Assembly (NCBI GenBank): GCA_038231275.1
Contig: JBBRLQ010000007.1
Location: 64,001-128,000 of the forward strand
DNA: 64,000 nt
Source: Polyangiales bacterium
GTDB lineage: Bacteria > Myxococcota_A > Polyangia > Polyangiales > Polyangiaceae
Direction of reading: 5' to 3'
In this document: one piece after another, positions 1-9,450 of the stretch
Position numbering within the stretch: the stretch's first letter is position 1
Layout: every line of letters starts with the position of its first letter
Notes under the pieces: model-generated
Told to the model about the DNA's origin: nothing
Databases searched by the model: none
The model's input: the letters and a program-made list of their open reading frames with translations, nothing else
Program-made: the position numbers and the translations under genes

Positions 1-654
1 CGGAGCGGCTTCGACAAGGCGTGCGAGTGGATGCCGGACTGCATCGTGTGCAACGTATCGCTGCCGGACATCGACGGGTTCTGGGTCGCGCGGCGCGTGC
101 GCACCGAGACGAGCGCGGTTGCGACCACGCCGTTCCTGTTCGTGACCAGCGACGCCGAGCGCGACTCGCGCATCCAGGCGCTGCACGTCGGCGCCGACGC
201 GTACATGACGCGCCCCTTCACGAACGACGAGGCGGTGGCGCAGGTCGAGGCGCTGATCGAAATGGCGCGGCGCCTCCGTGTGCGGCGCGACTCCTTCGTG
301 AGCGAGGCGCCGACGAATGGGCGCGGCGCGGCGTTCCGCGGAGACATCGCGCAGATGGCGCTGTCGACGGTGCTCATGGTGCTCGGCATGGAGCGTCGCA
401 GCGGGCGCCTGAAGATCACCTCGGAGTCGCAGACCGCCGAGCTCCTCATCGCGGCGGATAGCTTCGCCGCCGGCGAGATGAACGGCGAGCAGATGCCGCC
501 GCTCGAAGTCTTGCGGGTCGCCCTGAAATGGAAGAAGGGGGCGTTCTACTTTCGCCCGACCAGCGACACTGCGCCCGACATGCGAGGGTCGATCAGCGCG
601 CTGCTCCTCGAGGCGATGCAGCTCGAGGACGAGGCCGCAGCCGCCAAGCGGTGA
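1..654 (+). CDS. Response-regulator-like protein (atypical receiver + DUF4388 domain), 5' partial
   Basis: Frame is open from base 1 (RSGFDKACEWMPDCIVCNVSLPDIDG...LHVGADAYMTRPF). C-terminal FRGDIAQMALSTVLMVLGMERRSGRL...ALKWKKGAFYF...LLLEAM is DUF4388-like. Confidence 0.8.
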   Translation, partial: RSGFDKACEWMPDCIVCNVSLPDIDGFWVARRVRTETSAVATTPFLFVTSDAERDSRIQALHVGADAYMTRPFTNDEAVAQVEALIEMARRLRVRRDSFVSEAPTNGRGAAFRGDIAQMALSTVLMVLGMERRSGRLKITSESQTAELLIAADSFAAGEMNGEQMPPLEVLRVALKWKKGAFYFRPTSDTAPDMRGSISALLLEAMQLEDEAAAAKR

Positions 655-679
655 CCTCGCCAGAAACCGTGGCGTGCGC

Positions 680-1750
680 TTACGTCCCCGTCGGGAGGGT
701 CCGCTCGCCGATCACGAGCGCGTTGGCGAACGGCGTTCCCTCGTCGCAGGCTGCCACACGCACCGCGAGCCCCCGCTTCTCGAGCGCCGCCGTCAGCTCC
801 GCGACGGTCCTGGCGTGGGGAGCGGCGCGCGTTCGCTCGGCGAGCCGCGTCAGGGCGCTCCAAAGGCCGGGTCTTCGATCGATCTCGCGCACGACGACGC
901 GTCTCCTCGCCGCCCTCGATGCGCGCTCGAGCAGAGCGTCTTGATCGCTCGGCGTCATGTAGTGCAGCACGTCGATGAGCAGCACCGTATCGCACGCCGC
1001 GATCTCGGCGGTGCGCGCGTCCTCCGCGTCGAACTTCGCGGGTAGCCCTGCGCCTGCGAGCCGCGCGAGGGCGATGCGATCGGCGTCTGCGTCGAGCCCC
1101 ACGACGGCAGTGGCCTGCCCCGTCGTCAGCACGAGGAGTGACAGATACCCGGCGCCGCACCCGACGTCGCACACCTCGCCAAGCGGACCGAGCTCGGTGA
1201 CGGCGCGGCTCACCGGATCGGTCGCCAGCTTCGCGCGCGCCTGCACGCGGGACGAGCGGGAGGCATACCTTCGCGCGACCTCTTCGATCGCGCGGCCCAG
1301 CGCCGTCTTGCGCGGCGCCGCGGCGACCACGAACCACGTGAGCGCGCCGAGCGCGGCTGCCGACAGCGGCGCGAGCACCAGCGTGCCCACCGCGAGATCG
1401 CCCGCGAACGTCATCAGCCCGTGCGCGTGCAAGGTCGCGCGATCGATCGGGAGCGTCGCCCCCGTGCGCGCGAGGGCGCCGAGCTGGACCTCCGCGAGCG
1501 TGATGAACGGCGCGAAGAAGGGGAGCGACACGTTCGCCGCGACGTAGGCGATGCGCGCGTCGAGGCGGAGCGGAAGGCAGACCGCCAAGACCAGGAGAAA
1601 GTGAGCGCCGTAGAGCGGCGTTACGCCGATCGCGACGCCCACCGCGACGCTCGCCGCCGCGCGCCACGCCGTGACCTCGCCGCCGCGAAGCCGCGACCAC
1701 GCCGCGCGAAGCGCGCCACGCAGGCCTCCTGCTCCCGCGCGCGCCGTCAC
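680..1750 (-). CDS. DUF2062 membrane domain fused to class I SAM-dependent methyltransferase
   Basis: N-terminal AASVAVGVAIGVTPLYGAH...ANVSLPFFAPFI. C-terminal DVGCGAGY motif I and LIDVLHY. GTG start at 1750 overlaps the upstream TGA (GTGA). Confidence 0.8.
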   Translation of the reverse strand: MTARAGAGGLRGALRAAWSRLRGGEVTAWRAAASVAVGVAIGVTPLYGAHFLLVLAVCLPLRLDARIAYVAANVSLPFFAPFITLAEVQLGALARTGATLPIDRATLHAHGLMTFAGDLAVGTLVLAPLSAAALGALTWFVVAAAPRKTALGRAIEEVARRYASRSSRVQARAKLATDPVSRAVTELGPLGEVCDVGCGAGYLSLLVLTTGQATAVVGLDADADRIALARLAGAGLPAKFDAEDARTAEIAACDTVLLIDVLHYMTPSDQDALLERASRAARRRVVVREIDRRPGLWSALTRLAERTRAAPHARTVAELTAALEKRGLAVRVAACDEGTPFANALVIGERTLPTGT

Positions 1751-2469
1751 CCCGTCGGCGGCGACGACCGGCTGGTCGCGAGCATCCGCAGGTACATCTT
1801 CGCGCGCGAGTTGTCGGGCTCGAGCCTCTCGACCTTGTGCCACGTCTCTTCGGCCCCTTTCGGATCGCCCATCGCGAGGAGCGTGACCCCGAGCTGCAGG
1901 AGGGCCGGAACGAAATTCGGACGCGCGGCGAGCGCGGCCTCGTAGTGCTCCTTCGCGCGCGGCAGGTTATTTACCTCGCGCAGGAGGCCGCCCAGCTTCG
2001 TCTGGAGATCGGCGAACTGCGGGCACAGGTTGACGGCCTTCTCGAGCTCGCCGATCGCTACGTGGGCGAGCGCCGCGTCGGCGTAGGCCTGCGCGAGGTC
2101 GGCGTGCATGTTCGCGAGCTTGCCGCGCGCGAACGGGTCGAGCCCCTGCAGGCTGCCGGTGGGGCTCCCCTTGATGCGCTTGTAAACGAGCTTCGCGGCT
2201 TCGTACTTCCCGCGATCGTTGTACGTGACCGCGAGGTTCAGCGCCGCCTCGGTGTACGCGGGGTTCAGCTCCAGCGCCCGCTCGAAATGCCTCTCGGCCT
2301 GGATGAAGTTGCCACGCGAGTGACAGATCACGCCGAGCATGTCGTGGACGTCGGCGAAGCGATCGTCGTGCTCGAGCACTTGACGGAGCAATTCCTCCGC
2401 CTTCTCGAAGTCACGATTCGCGTAGTGCTCCCGCCCGACCAGCAGGAGCTGCTTCACGGCCTCATCCAT
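1747..2469 (-). CDS. Tetratricopeptide repeat protein
   Basis: Multiple TPR units, e.g. AERHFERALELNPAYTEAALNLAVTY and LEKAVNLCPQFADLQTKLG. Confidence 0.9.
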   Translation of the reverse strand: MDEAVKQLLLVGREHYANRDFEKAEELLRQVLEHDDRFADVHDMLGVICHSRGNFIQAERHFERALELNPAYTEAALNLAVTYNDRGKYEAAKLVYKRIKGSPTGSLQGLDPFARGKLANMHADLAQAYADAALAHVAIGELEKAVNLCPQFADLQTKLGGLLREVNNLPRAKEHYEAALAARPNFVPALLQLGVTLLAMGDPKGAEETWHKVERLEPDNSRAKMYLRMLATSRSSPPTG

Positions 2470-2574
2470 GGAGGGCAGGCTACCAGCACGAGTGGCGGCC
2501 CGTCACGCGCGAGATCGCTCGAAAATTCGGCCCGGATTGCACCTCCGCCCGGCCCCGGCTATGCCCCCCCGGTC

Positions 2575-4137
2575 GTGCCGGAGCCGGAGTTCCTTCCCCA
2601 AGACGGCCTCGAGCCGACCACGCCGTCGCTCGCGCCGACGAGCGACGCGCCGCCCCCACCGCCGCCGCCCTCGCGCCGCGTGCCGCGTGCCGTCAAAATC
2701 GGCGCGTCGTTCATGTGCGGCGCCGCCGCCGCGGTCCTCATCGTCTACACGGTGGAGGCGCGGGACAAGCGGTCGCAGGAGCTCGCTGCGCAAGCCGCGC
2801 CGTCCGAGGTGACCGCCCCCGCCGTGGTCCTCACCGGCGCCGACGCATCCCTCGACGACGGAGGGGACGGAGGCAACCTCAGCGTCGACGCGGCGCCCGC
2901 CCCGATCGTCCCGGTGTGGCGCGTCGCGGAGATGAAGGGAGAGACCAAGGGGGACGGGAACGTCGATTTGGTCGAGGGCGTCGTCGGCAAGCGACCCTTC
3001 TCCACCGCCCTCATCGTCACCGGCGTCGCGCGCGCGGAGATGCAGCGCATCGTGAAGGCGTTCCAGGACGTCCGATCCTTCGATCGCGTCGGCCCCAAGG
3101 ACACGTTCGTCGTCGCGAAGGAGAAGAAGACCGGGCACGTCGTCGCGTTCGAGTTCGCGTCGTCGCCGGGCGACGTGTGGCAGGCGCGCGAGTCGAGCCC
3201 GGGCGTCCTCGAGGGCAAGAAGCTCGATCTGGTCGTCGAGCGCGTGCGGGTTGCGGTCGGCGTCGTGGTCGAGGGGGACCTTCGCGCGAGCGTCGTGAAG
3301 GCGGGGCTCGACGACGATCTGCTCGACCAGCTCGACGACGCGCTCGAAGGCCACGCCGAGCTCGCCGACCTCCGCCCCGGCGCGCGACTCCGCGTCGTCG
3401 CGACCGAAGAGCACGTGCAGGCGAAGTTCACGCGCTACGTGGAAATCGACGCGGTCGAATACACGCCGGCGAGCGGTGCGCCTCCCGTTCGCGTCTACCA
3501 CCAGGGCACCGGCAAGGCGCCCGGCTTCTACGACGCGAAGGCGCAGCGCCCGTTCCGCGGTGGCTGGCGGACGCCGGTGCCGCTCGCGCGAATCAGCTCG
3601 CGCTACAACCCGAAGCGCATGCACCCCGTTCTTCACGTGGTGATGCCGCACAACGGGATCGATTTCGCGGCGTCGCCAGGCACGCCGGTGTACGCGTCGG
3701 CGGCGGGGAGCGTGCAGTCGGTCGGCGACGGAGGGCCGTGCGGCAACATGGTGCAGGTGAAGCACACCAACGGCCTGACCACTGCGTACTGCCATCTTCA
3801 GCGGTTCGCGCCGGGGCTTCACCCGGGGATGCACGTCGAGCAGCGTCAGCTCGTCGGCTTCGTCGGCCAGACCGGCCGCGCCACCGGACCGCACCTGCAC
3901 TTCGCCGTGAAGCGCGGCGACATCTTCATGGATCCGCTCGGCTTGAAGCTCGACGGCGTGCGCGTCCTGCCCGCCGAGGATCGCGACGACTTCACCAAGA
4001 CCCGCATCGAGCTCGACGGCGTGCTCGACGCGATCGCAATGGGCGGCGGCACCCTCGACGCCGGGGCGCAGCCTATCCCCGCCGCGCCCGCGACGGACGC
4101 GGGCCCCGAGGACACGGTGCTCGACGAGGCGCCGTGA
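2575..4137 (+). CDS. Membrane-anchored M23 family metallopeptidase (MepM-like)
   Basis: HNGIDF (HxxxD), YCHL and TGPHLHF (HxH) motifs, plus an N-terminal TM helix. Start moved to GTG 2575 because the longer ORF overlaps the TPR gene. Confidence 0.9.
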   Translation: MPEPEFLPQDGLEPTTPSLAPTSDAPPPPPPPSRRVPRAVKIGASFMCGAAAAVLIVYTVEARDKRSQELAAQAAPSEVTAPAVVLTGADASLDDGGDGGNLSVDAAPAPIVPVWRVAEMKGETKGDGNVDLVEGVVGKRPFSTALIVTGVARAEMQRIVKAFQDVRSFDRVGPKDTFVVAKEKKTGHVVAFEFASSPGDVWQARESSPGVLEGKKLDLVVERVRVAVGVVVEGDLRASVVKAGLDDDLLDQLDDALEGHAELADLRPGARLRVVATEEHVQAKFTRYVEIDAVEYTPASGAPPVRVYHQGTGKAPGFYDAKAQRPFRGGWRTPVPLARISSRYNPKRMHPVLHVVMPHNGIDFAASPGTPVYASAAGSVQSVGDGGPCGNMVQVKHTNGLTTAYCHLQRFAPGLHPGMHVEQRQLVGFVGQTGRATGPHLHFAVKRGDIFMDPLGLKLDGVRVLPAEDRDDFTKTRIELDGVLDAIAMGGGTLDAGAQPIPAAPATDAGPEDTVLDEAP

Positions 4138-4201
4138 GTTTTATTTGGGGCAGGGTTCCCAATCCTGCGGGCTGGCGAGTTAACCCTCCGAGACCCGCCA
4201 C

Positions 4202-5956
4202 ATGACCTCCTTCACCAAGTCCGCAGCGTCCGTCGTCCTCGGGGGGACCCTCTCGCTCGCGCCGGGCGCCGCACGCGCCGAACCGCTGCCCACGTCGGCC
4301 GCGCCGCATCCGCACGCCTACGGAATCATCGTCGGCAGCAACGCCGGCGGGGCCGGGCAGCAGACGCTCCGGTACGCCGAGGACGACGCCGCGCGGGTCG
4401 CCGCCGTCCTGCGCGATCTCGGGCGGTTTGGCACGAGTGATCTGCGGGTGCTGGCGCATCCGGACGGCGCGAAGATCCTCGCGACGCTCGACGAGCTCGC
4501 GCCAAAGCTGAAAGAGCACGCCGATCGCGGCGAACAGGCGACGTTCTTCTTTTATTACTCGGGCCACGCCAAGGCGAGCGCGCTCACGTTGGGCGACGGG
4601 GAGCTGCCGCTTGCGGTGCTGCGCGATCGCCTGCGTCAGCTCCCTGCGACGCTCACGCTCGTCGTCCTCGATGCATGTCAGTCGGGCGCGTTTGCGCGCA
4701 CAAAAGGCGCCGAGCCGGCCGCGGATTTTTCGTTCAACTCGGTGGCGCGCCTGACGACGAAGGGGATCGCCGTCATGGCGTCGTCGACGGGCCAGGAGCT
4801 GAGCCAGGAGTCCGACGCGCTGAAATCGTCGTATTTTACGCATCATCTGGTGGTCGCGCTGCGCGGCGCGGGGGACCAGGATGGCGACGGCAAGGTGAGC
4901 CTCGACGAGGCGTACCGCTACGCGTACCGGCGCACGCTCGCCGCGACGGCGCGCACTCGTGTCGGCATGCAGCACGCGACGCTCGAGACCGATCTTTCGG
5001 GGCAGGGCGACGTTCCGGTAACGTATCCCGCCGAGGCCGGCGCGCGCCTCGAGCTGCCGGGTCCACTCGACGCGCGCGTCCTCGTGCAGCATCACGCGAG
5101 CGGCAGCGTCGTCGCCGAGCTCGTGAAGGCTCCCGGCCCGCCGCTCCGCCTCGCGCTTCCCGCCGGTACGTACGATGCCACCGTGCGCGCGCAGGGTCAG
5201 ATCCTGGCGTGCTCCCTCACGCTGAGCGACGGTCAGCTCACCGCCCTCGAGCTCGGCACGTGCCAGATCGCTGCCGCCAACGGGCTCGCGAAGGGCTTCG
5301 AGGACGACGCCGAGACGCCTCCTTCGCCCGACGTGCCCGAGGGCACGCCGCCGCTCGGTCTCCGGGAGATCGATCGCTGGGCCATCGAGGGAAGCCTCGG
5401 CATCATGACGCGCACGACCGACGACGCGTACGTGCGCACGCTGTCGACGTTCGATTACGAAGAAAAATCGCCGACGCTGCGACCCGCCGGGCGCGCGGCG
5501 CTCGGCGTCACTCGATTCCTCGCGCCACACCTCACGCTGCTCGTCCAAGGGCAGACGCTCACCGGCGACGTCTACACCCGCAGCGTGAGCGGCGACTCCG
5601 ATGAGCTCACGTTCCAGGGCTTCGGCGCCGGCGCGTACCTCCGCGCGCACACCGACGTCGCGCCGCGCCTCCTCCAGATCTACGGACAGGCCGGCGGCGG
5701 CGCCTCGATGGCGACGACCACGCTCACCACCAGCGCCGACAAAAACCCGCACAAGACGAGCGACGTCGCGTGGGGGTACCTCTTGGGCGGCGCGGTCGGC
5801 GTCGCGGTCGTCGCGGATTCACGCGTCGGAGCGTTTGCGCAGGCCTCCTACGAGCGCGCGCCGGCGATGGTGAACGCGTTCGGCGAACGGCACGACGTGG
5901 GCGGCTTCGCGGTGTCGCTCGGAGTGCGCCTCAACTTCGGACGGGGGACGCGATGA
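4202..5956 (+). CDS. Secreted caspase-family (peptidase C14) protein with C-terminal beta-barrel-like domain
   Basis: Signal peptide ending AARA, LRYAEDDA, catalytic YYSGHA and VLDACQSG. C-terminal amphipathic strands end GFAVSLGVRLNF. Confidence 0.9.
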   Translation: MTSFTKSAASVVLGGTLSLAPGAARAEPLPTSAAPHPHAYGIIVGSNAGGAGQQTLRYAEDDAARVAAVLRDLGRFGTSDLRVLAHPDGAKILATLDELAPKLKEHADRGEQATFFFYYSGHAKASALTLGDGELPLAVLRDRLRQLPATLTLVVLDACQSGAFARTKGAEPAADFSFNSVARLTTKGIAVMASSTGQELSQESDALKSSYFTHHLVVALRGAGDQDGDGKVSLDEAYRYAYRRTLAATARTRVGMQHATLETDLSGQGDVPVTYPAEAGARLELPGPLDARVLVQHHASGSVVAELVKAPGPPLRLALPAGTYDATVRAQGQILACSLTLSDGQLTALELGTCQIAAANGLAKGFEDDAETPPSPDVPEGTPPLGLREIDRWAIEGSLGIMTRTTDDAYVRTLSTFDYEEKSPTLRPAGRAALGVTRFLAPHLTLLVQGQTLTGDVYTRSVSGDSDELTFQGFGAGAYLRAHTDVAPRLLQIYGQAGGGASMATTTLTTSADKNPHKTSDVAWGYLLGGAVGVAVVADSRVGAFAQASYERAPAMVNAFGERHDVGGFAVSLGVRLNFGRGTR

Positions 5957-6822
5957 GCTGGAAGACACTCGCGGCGAAGGTCACGCTCGTCGGCTGCGCC
6001 GTGGCGTGCATGGCGCCCGGCTGCAATGGCGACGTCTTGAACGACTCGACGTTCCGCCTCTGGTGCGGCGACTCTCTGTGCGCCTGGAACCTCGACGCGG
6101 GGCACGTCAAGCAGACGAGCACGTGGCACGCCGACGACTACGGCGTCGAGCTGCTCGACACGCCCACGCAAATCTCCCAAGACACCCGCGAGGCCTCCGA
6201 CTGCATGGAGTTCTCGGCAGTGGCCGACGTGGACGCCGCCGCGGGGACGCGCGTCCAGGTCGACTTCAACCTCGACGGCGTCCCCGACTTCGACGAGGCG
6301 ATCGCCGAGACCCACTGGGGACGCGCCCGCCTGCTCATCCACGCGCCCGACCATTTCAACGACTACGGCGACCGCGTCCGCGTCATCCTCCGCAAGAACG
6401 GCGTCGGGCGCGCGGTGCTCGCAGAGATCCGGCTCCAGCGCGTCGAGACGTGCACTGGCGGGCGGACCACGCTCCGGCACGTCGCCGTCGGCGAGAGCTG
6501 CGTCTCCCCGGCCGAATGCGAGAGCAGCGTGTGCTGCGGATCGATCTGCTCGACCTGCTGCGCGACCGGACCGAATGCCTGCACCGGCGGCGACGCGTGT
6601 GGCAGGCCCAGGGTCGTCGCGCCCACACCTTCGCCAGGCGGCGAGTTGGCAGCCGTGCCTTCGCTATGCGGGCCCGGTTTGTCCCACGGCGCCGCCGGAG
6701 CACCGTGCATCAATGCAAACGACTGCGCGTCGAACGCGTGCGAAGGCGCGACGCCGGAGTCCGAGTGCTTCGGCGACGCGGGCTGCTTCGTCACCAAGGT
6801 GCACCCCGGCAAATGCCGGTAG
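5953..6822 (+). CDS. Cys-rich putative lipoprotein
   Basis: ATGA overlap with caspase stop, hydrophobic leader with Cys (MAPGC), CBM-like middle region, C-terminal Cys repeats (CVSPAECESSVCC, CINANDCASNAC). Confidence 0.75.
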   Translation: MSWKTLAAKVTLVGCAVACMAPGCNGDVLNDSTFRLWCGDSLCAWNLDAGHVKQTSTWHADDYGVELLDTPTQISQDTREASDCMEFSAVADVDAAAGTRVQVDFNLDGVPDFDEAIAETHWGRARLLIHAPDHFNDYGDRVRVILRKNGVGRAVLAEIRLQRVETCTGGRTTLRHVAVGESCVSPAECESSVCCGSICSTCCATGPNACTGGDACGRPRVVAPTPSPGGELAAVPSLCGPGLSHGAAGAPCINANDCASNACEGATPESECFGDAGCFVTKVHPGKCR

Positions 6823-6834
6823 CGTGAGTGAGGG

Positions 6835-7317
6835 ATGGAGGCCTACGCGCGCTACGGGCGCGCTCTCGTTCGAAAGGCGGAGCGCATGCTCAGAAGCAAG
6901 GAGGACGCGCGCGACGTCGTGCACGCGCTCTTCGTCGATTTGCTGGAGGAACGAGCCATGCCCGCGGACCTGCCGTATTTGTACCGCGCCGTCACCAACC
7001 GCTGCCTCCGCGTGCTGCGCGACGAGAAGAACCGCGCACGCCTCCTCGCCGTCCACGATGAGTCGCTGGCCCCCGTTCGCACGCGCCTCGACGAGGCCGC
7101 GCTGTCGCTCGATCTGCTCGTGAAGCTCGTCGCGGCGCTCGACGACGGCGAGGCCGAGGTGCTCGCGTACCGCTACCTCGACGACATGACCCAGGAGGAA
7201 ATTGCGGAGATGACGGGTCTGAGCCGCAAGACGATCGGCAAACGGCTCGACGCCATTCGGGATGCGGCGACGCGCCTCGCGGGCGCGCCAAGCGGCGGAG
7301 AGGCGGGCGTGTCGTGA
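6835..7317 (+). CDS. ECF RNA polymerase sigma-70 factor
   Basis: Region 2 (EDARDVVHALF, YLYRAVTNRCL) and region 4 (YLDDMTQEEIAEMTGLSRKTIGKRL). Confidence 0.9.
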   Translation: MEAYARYGRALVRKAERMLRSKEDARDVVHALFVDLLEERAMPADLPYLYRAVTNRCLRVLRDEKNRARLLAVHDESLAPVRTRLDEAALSLDLLVKLVAALDDGEAEVLAYRYLDDMTQEEIAEMTGLSRKTIGKRLDAIRDAATRLAGAPSGGEAGVS

Positions 7318-7985
7318 GCGCCACGTGCGTGTCCGAGCCGATCTCTTGGCTGCGCCTCGAGCGGTACGCCCTCGGAGAGGCGCTCGACGCCGTCGAGATC
7401 GCGCGCCACCTCGCGGAGTGCGAGGCATGCCGCGCGTGCTACGGACGCGTCGAGGTCGAGTCCGACGTTCCGCTTCGGCCGCTGCACGAGTCGCCCCCGC
7501 GCGTGCGTTCACCGTGGCGTCGAGCGGCCGTCGCGACAGGCTCTGCGCTCGCGCTGGCGGCGGCCGTCGTGCTCGTCGCGGGTCGGCGCGGCGGCGACCC
7601 CGTCGATCCGAACCGCATCAAGGGCTCCGAGATCTCGTTCACCCTCGTGCGTGACGACGACACCGTCTTCGCGGAGGCCGGCGGCTCCTTTCGCGACGGC
7701 GACCGCTTCAAAGCGCTCGTCACGTGCGCGCCCGGCACGCGCTCGCGCTTCGATCTGGTCGTCTACGACGACGAGGGCGCGACCTTCCCCGTCGACGTCC
7801 CGCCCGACTTCGCGTGCGGCAACGCGGCGCCACTGCCCGGCGCCTTCAAGCTGAGAGGCGCCGCGCCGATGCACGTCTGCTTGGTCTGGGGCGACGGTCC
7901 GCCCGATCGCCACGAGCTCTCGAAAGGCGGCTTCGATCCCGACCGTCCTCGGGTCACGTGCAAGCGGCTCGTCGCGGCGCCTTGA
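7314..7985 (+). CDS. Zinc-finger (zf-HC2) transmembrane anti-sigma factor with DUF4384-like periplasmic domain
   Basis: HLAECEAC (HxxxCxxC), TM helix, then RIKG...FRDGDRF. GTGA overlap with the sigma stop. Confidence 0.8.
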   Translation: MSATCVSEPISWLRLERYALGEALDAVEIARHLAECEACRACYGRVEVESDVPLRPLHESPPRVRSPWRRAAVATGSALALAAAVVLVAGRRGGDPVDPNRIKGSEISFTLVRDDDTVFAEAGGSFRDGDRFKALVTCAPGTRSRFDLVVYDDEGATFPVDVPPDFACGNAAPLPGAFKLRGAAPMHVCLVWGDGPPDRHELSKGGFDPDRPRVTCKRLVAAP

Positions 7986-8132
7986 ATTTCGAAGCGACGC
8001 GTGCTCGAGCGCGAAAGTATCGTGCGCAGTTTGTTTCGCCGAATCCGACGGTTGAACGTGTCATACCGAAAGGTGGTTGAATGTGGTTTGGCCTGCGCTA
8101 GACGGTCGCTCCCAACCGGAGCCGAACCCACC

Positions 8133-8819
8133 ATGAAGACCTCGATCGTCGCCCTTGCAGCCCTCGTCCTCCCCCTCGTCGCCTGTGGCGGCGCCGCGTC
8201 CTCGGCCGACCCGACGGCCGGCGAGAGCGACGAGCTCAAAAGGGACGCGTGCACGAAGCCCGCGCTCGCCGCGGCGGAGGCCGAGTACGGCAACGCGCCG
8301 GACGGGACCAAGGTGAAGGTCCTCACGAAGAGCAAGAAGTACCGGGTGACCGTCGGCATCGGCAACCCCGAGGACGGCGCGCACGACTACTACGTCGAGT
8401 TCCCGGCGGGCTGCTCCTCCACGCCGAAGGTGACCGAGGTGCCGTTCCTCCCGCACCCGCTGCGCGACGCCGCGCACGCCGCGTACGACACGATCCTCTG
8501 GGGCCACGGCGACACCCTCGCATCGGCGAGCGAGACCGGCGCGAGCGGGTTGCCTAAGGCCGCGAAGCAGCAATTCGATTCCTGGACGCGCGCCGGCAAC
8601 TCGAATTGCTCGGCTGTGAAGGCCTACGAGGTGAAGGTCCACGGCGCGTCCACGTTCGCCGTCGCGTGCGACGTCGTCGGCGATTCGATCAAGCTCTCGT
8701 TCGGAATCTGGGACGACAAAGGCTCGTCCGTCGATCAAGCTTCGGTCTATGGCCTGTCGTCCGGCGTCGGCGACAAGGGAGTCTCCTGGCAGAACGAGAC
8801 GTTCCAAGTCCAGGACTGA
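8133..8819 (+). CDS. Hypothetical lipoprotein
   Basis: MKTSIVALAALVLPLVAC lipobox, GGAG upstream, high-GC3 codon usage. Confidence 0.75.
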   Translation: MKTSIVALAALVLPLVACGGAASSADPTAGESDELKRDACTKPALAAAEAEYGNAPDGTKVKVLTKSKKYRVTVGIGNPEDGAHDYYVEFPAGCSSTPKVTEVPFLPHPLRDAAHAAYDTILWGHGDTLASASETGASGLPKAAKQQFDSWTRAGNSNCSAVKAYEVKVHGASTFAVACDVVGDSIKLSFGIWDDKGSSVDQASVYGLSSGVGDKGVSWQNETFQVQD

Positions 8820-8974
8820 GCGATCACGACGCGGCAAGAGCTCCGTTCATCGTGCTCGTGAACGGTCGCGCTCTCGACGACGGTCCTCGGCGGCCTCTGG
8901 CGGGTCCTCGTTGGCCATTGAGGGAATCGCCCGTGCGAGTGGACGTGCGGCCCTGAATGCTTACGCTACAGGGG

Positions 8975-9415
8975 ATGTCCGACGCCGCCCCGCCGCCGGC
9001 CCCCGAGCCCGCGGCTTCTCCTGCGCCCGCTCCCGTCTCTTCGTCGCCGCCGGTGCTCTGCCGCGACAAGGCACGCGGGCTGGTCCACAAATACGCCGCG
9101 GGCGGGGTCGCCTGGGCCATGCTCCCGCTCCCGCTCCCCACGAGCCCGGTCTTGACCGCGCTCGAGGCGCACATGATTTACTGGATCGCGCGCACGTACG
9201 GCGAAGCGCCGAGCCACACCGACACGATCATGCTCGCCGCCGGCCTCGAGGTCGGCTCTACGGGCCTCAAGTACGCGGCGACGTACCTCGTCGGCTTCGT
9301 CCCCGTGATCGGCTGGGGCATCAAGGGTGCCATCGCCGGCGTCGCGATCGAGACGATGGGCCGGCTGATCATCCAGCACTACGAGTCGAAGTACCCCGGC
9401 AAGGTTGCGGCATAA
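8975..9415 (+). CDS. DUF697/YcjF-like small membrane protein
   Basis: VHKYAAGGVAWAMLPLP...MIYWIARTYG...FVPVIGWGIKGAIAG. Confidence 0.65.
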   Translation: MSDAAPPPAPEPAASPAPAPVSSSPPVLCRDKARGLVHKYAAGGVAWAMLPLPLPTSPVLTALEAHMIYWIARTYGEAPSHTDTIMLAAGLEVGSTGLKYAATYLVGFVPVIGWGIKGAIAGVAIETMGRLIIQHYESKYPGKVAA

Positions 9416-9450
9416 GCCCGTGCGTTTTCTGGTAGCGTAGCCCCGCACGA

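Noticed and set aside
8843-8865. Hairpin CCGTTCA...TGAACGG after the lipoprotein gene as a terminator
   Set aside because: No U-tract and a modest stem; such hairpins arise by chance in this composition.
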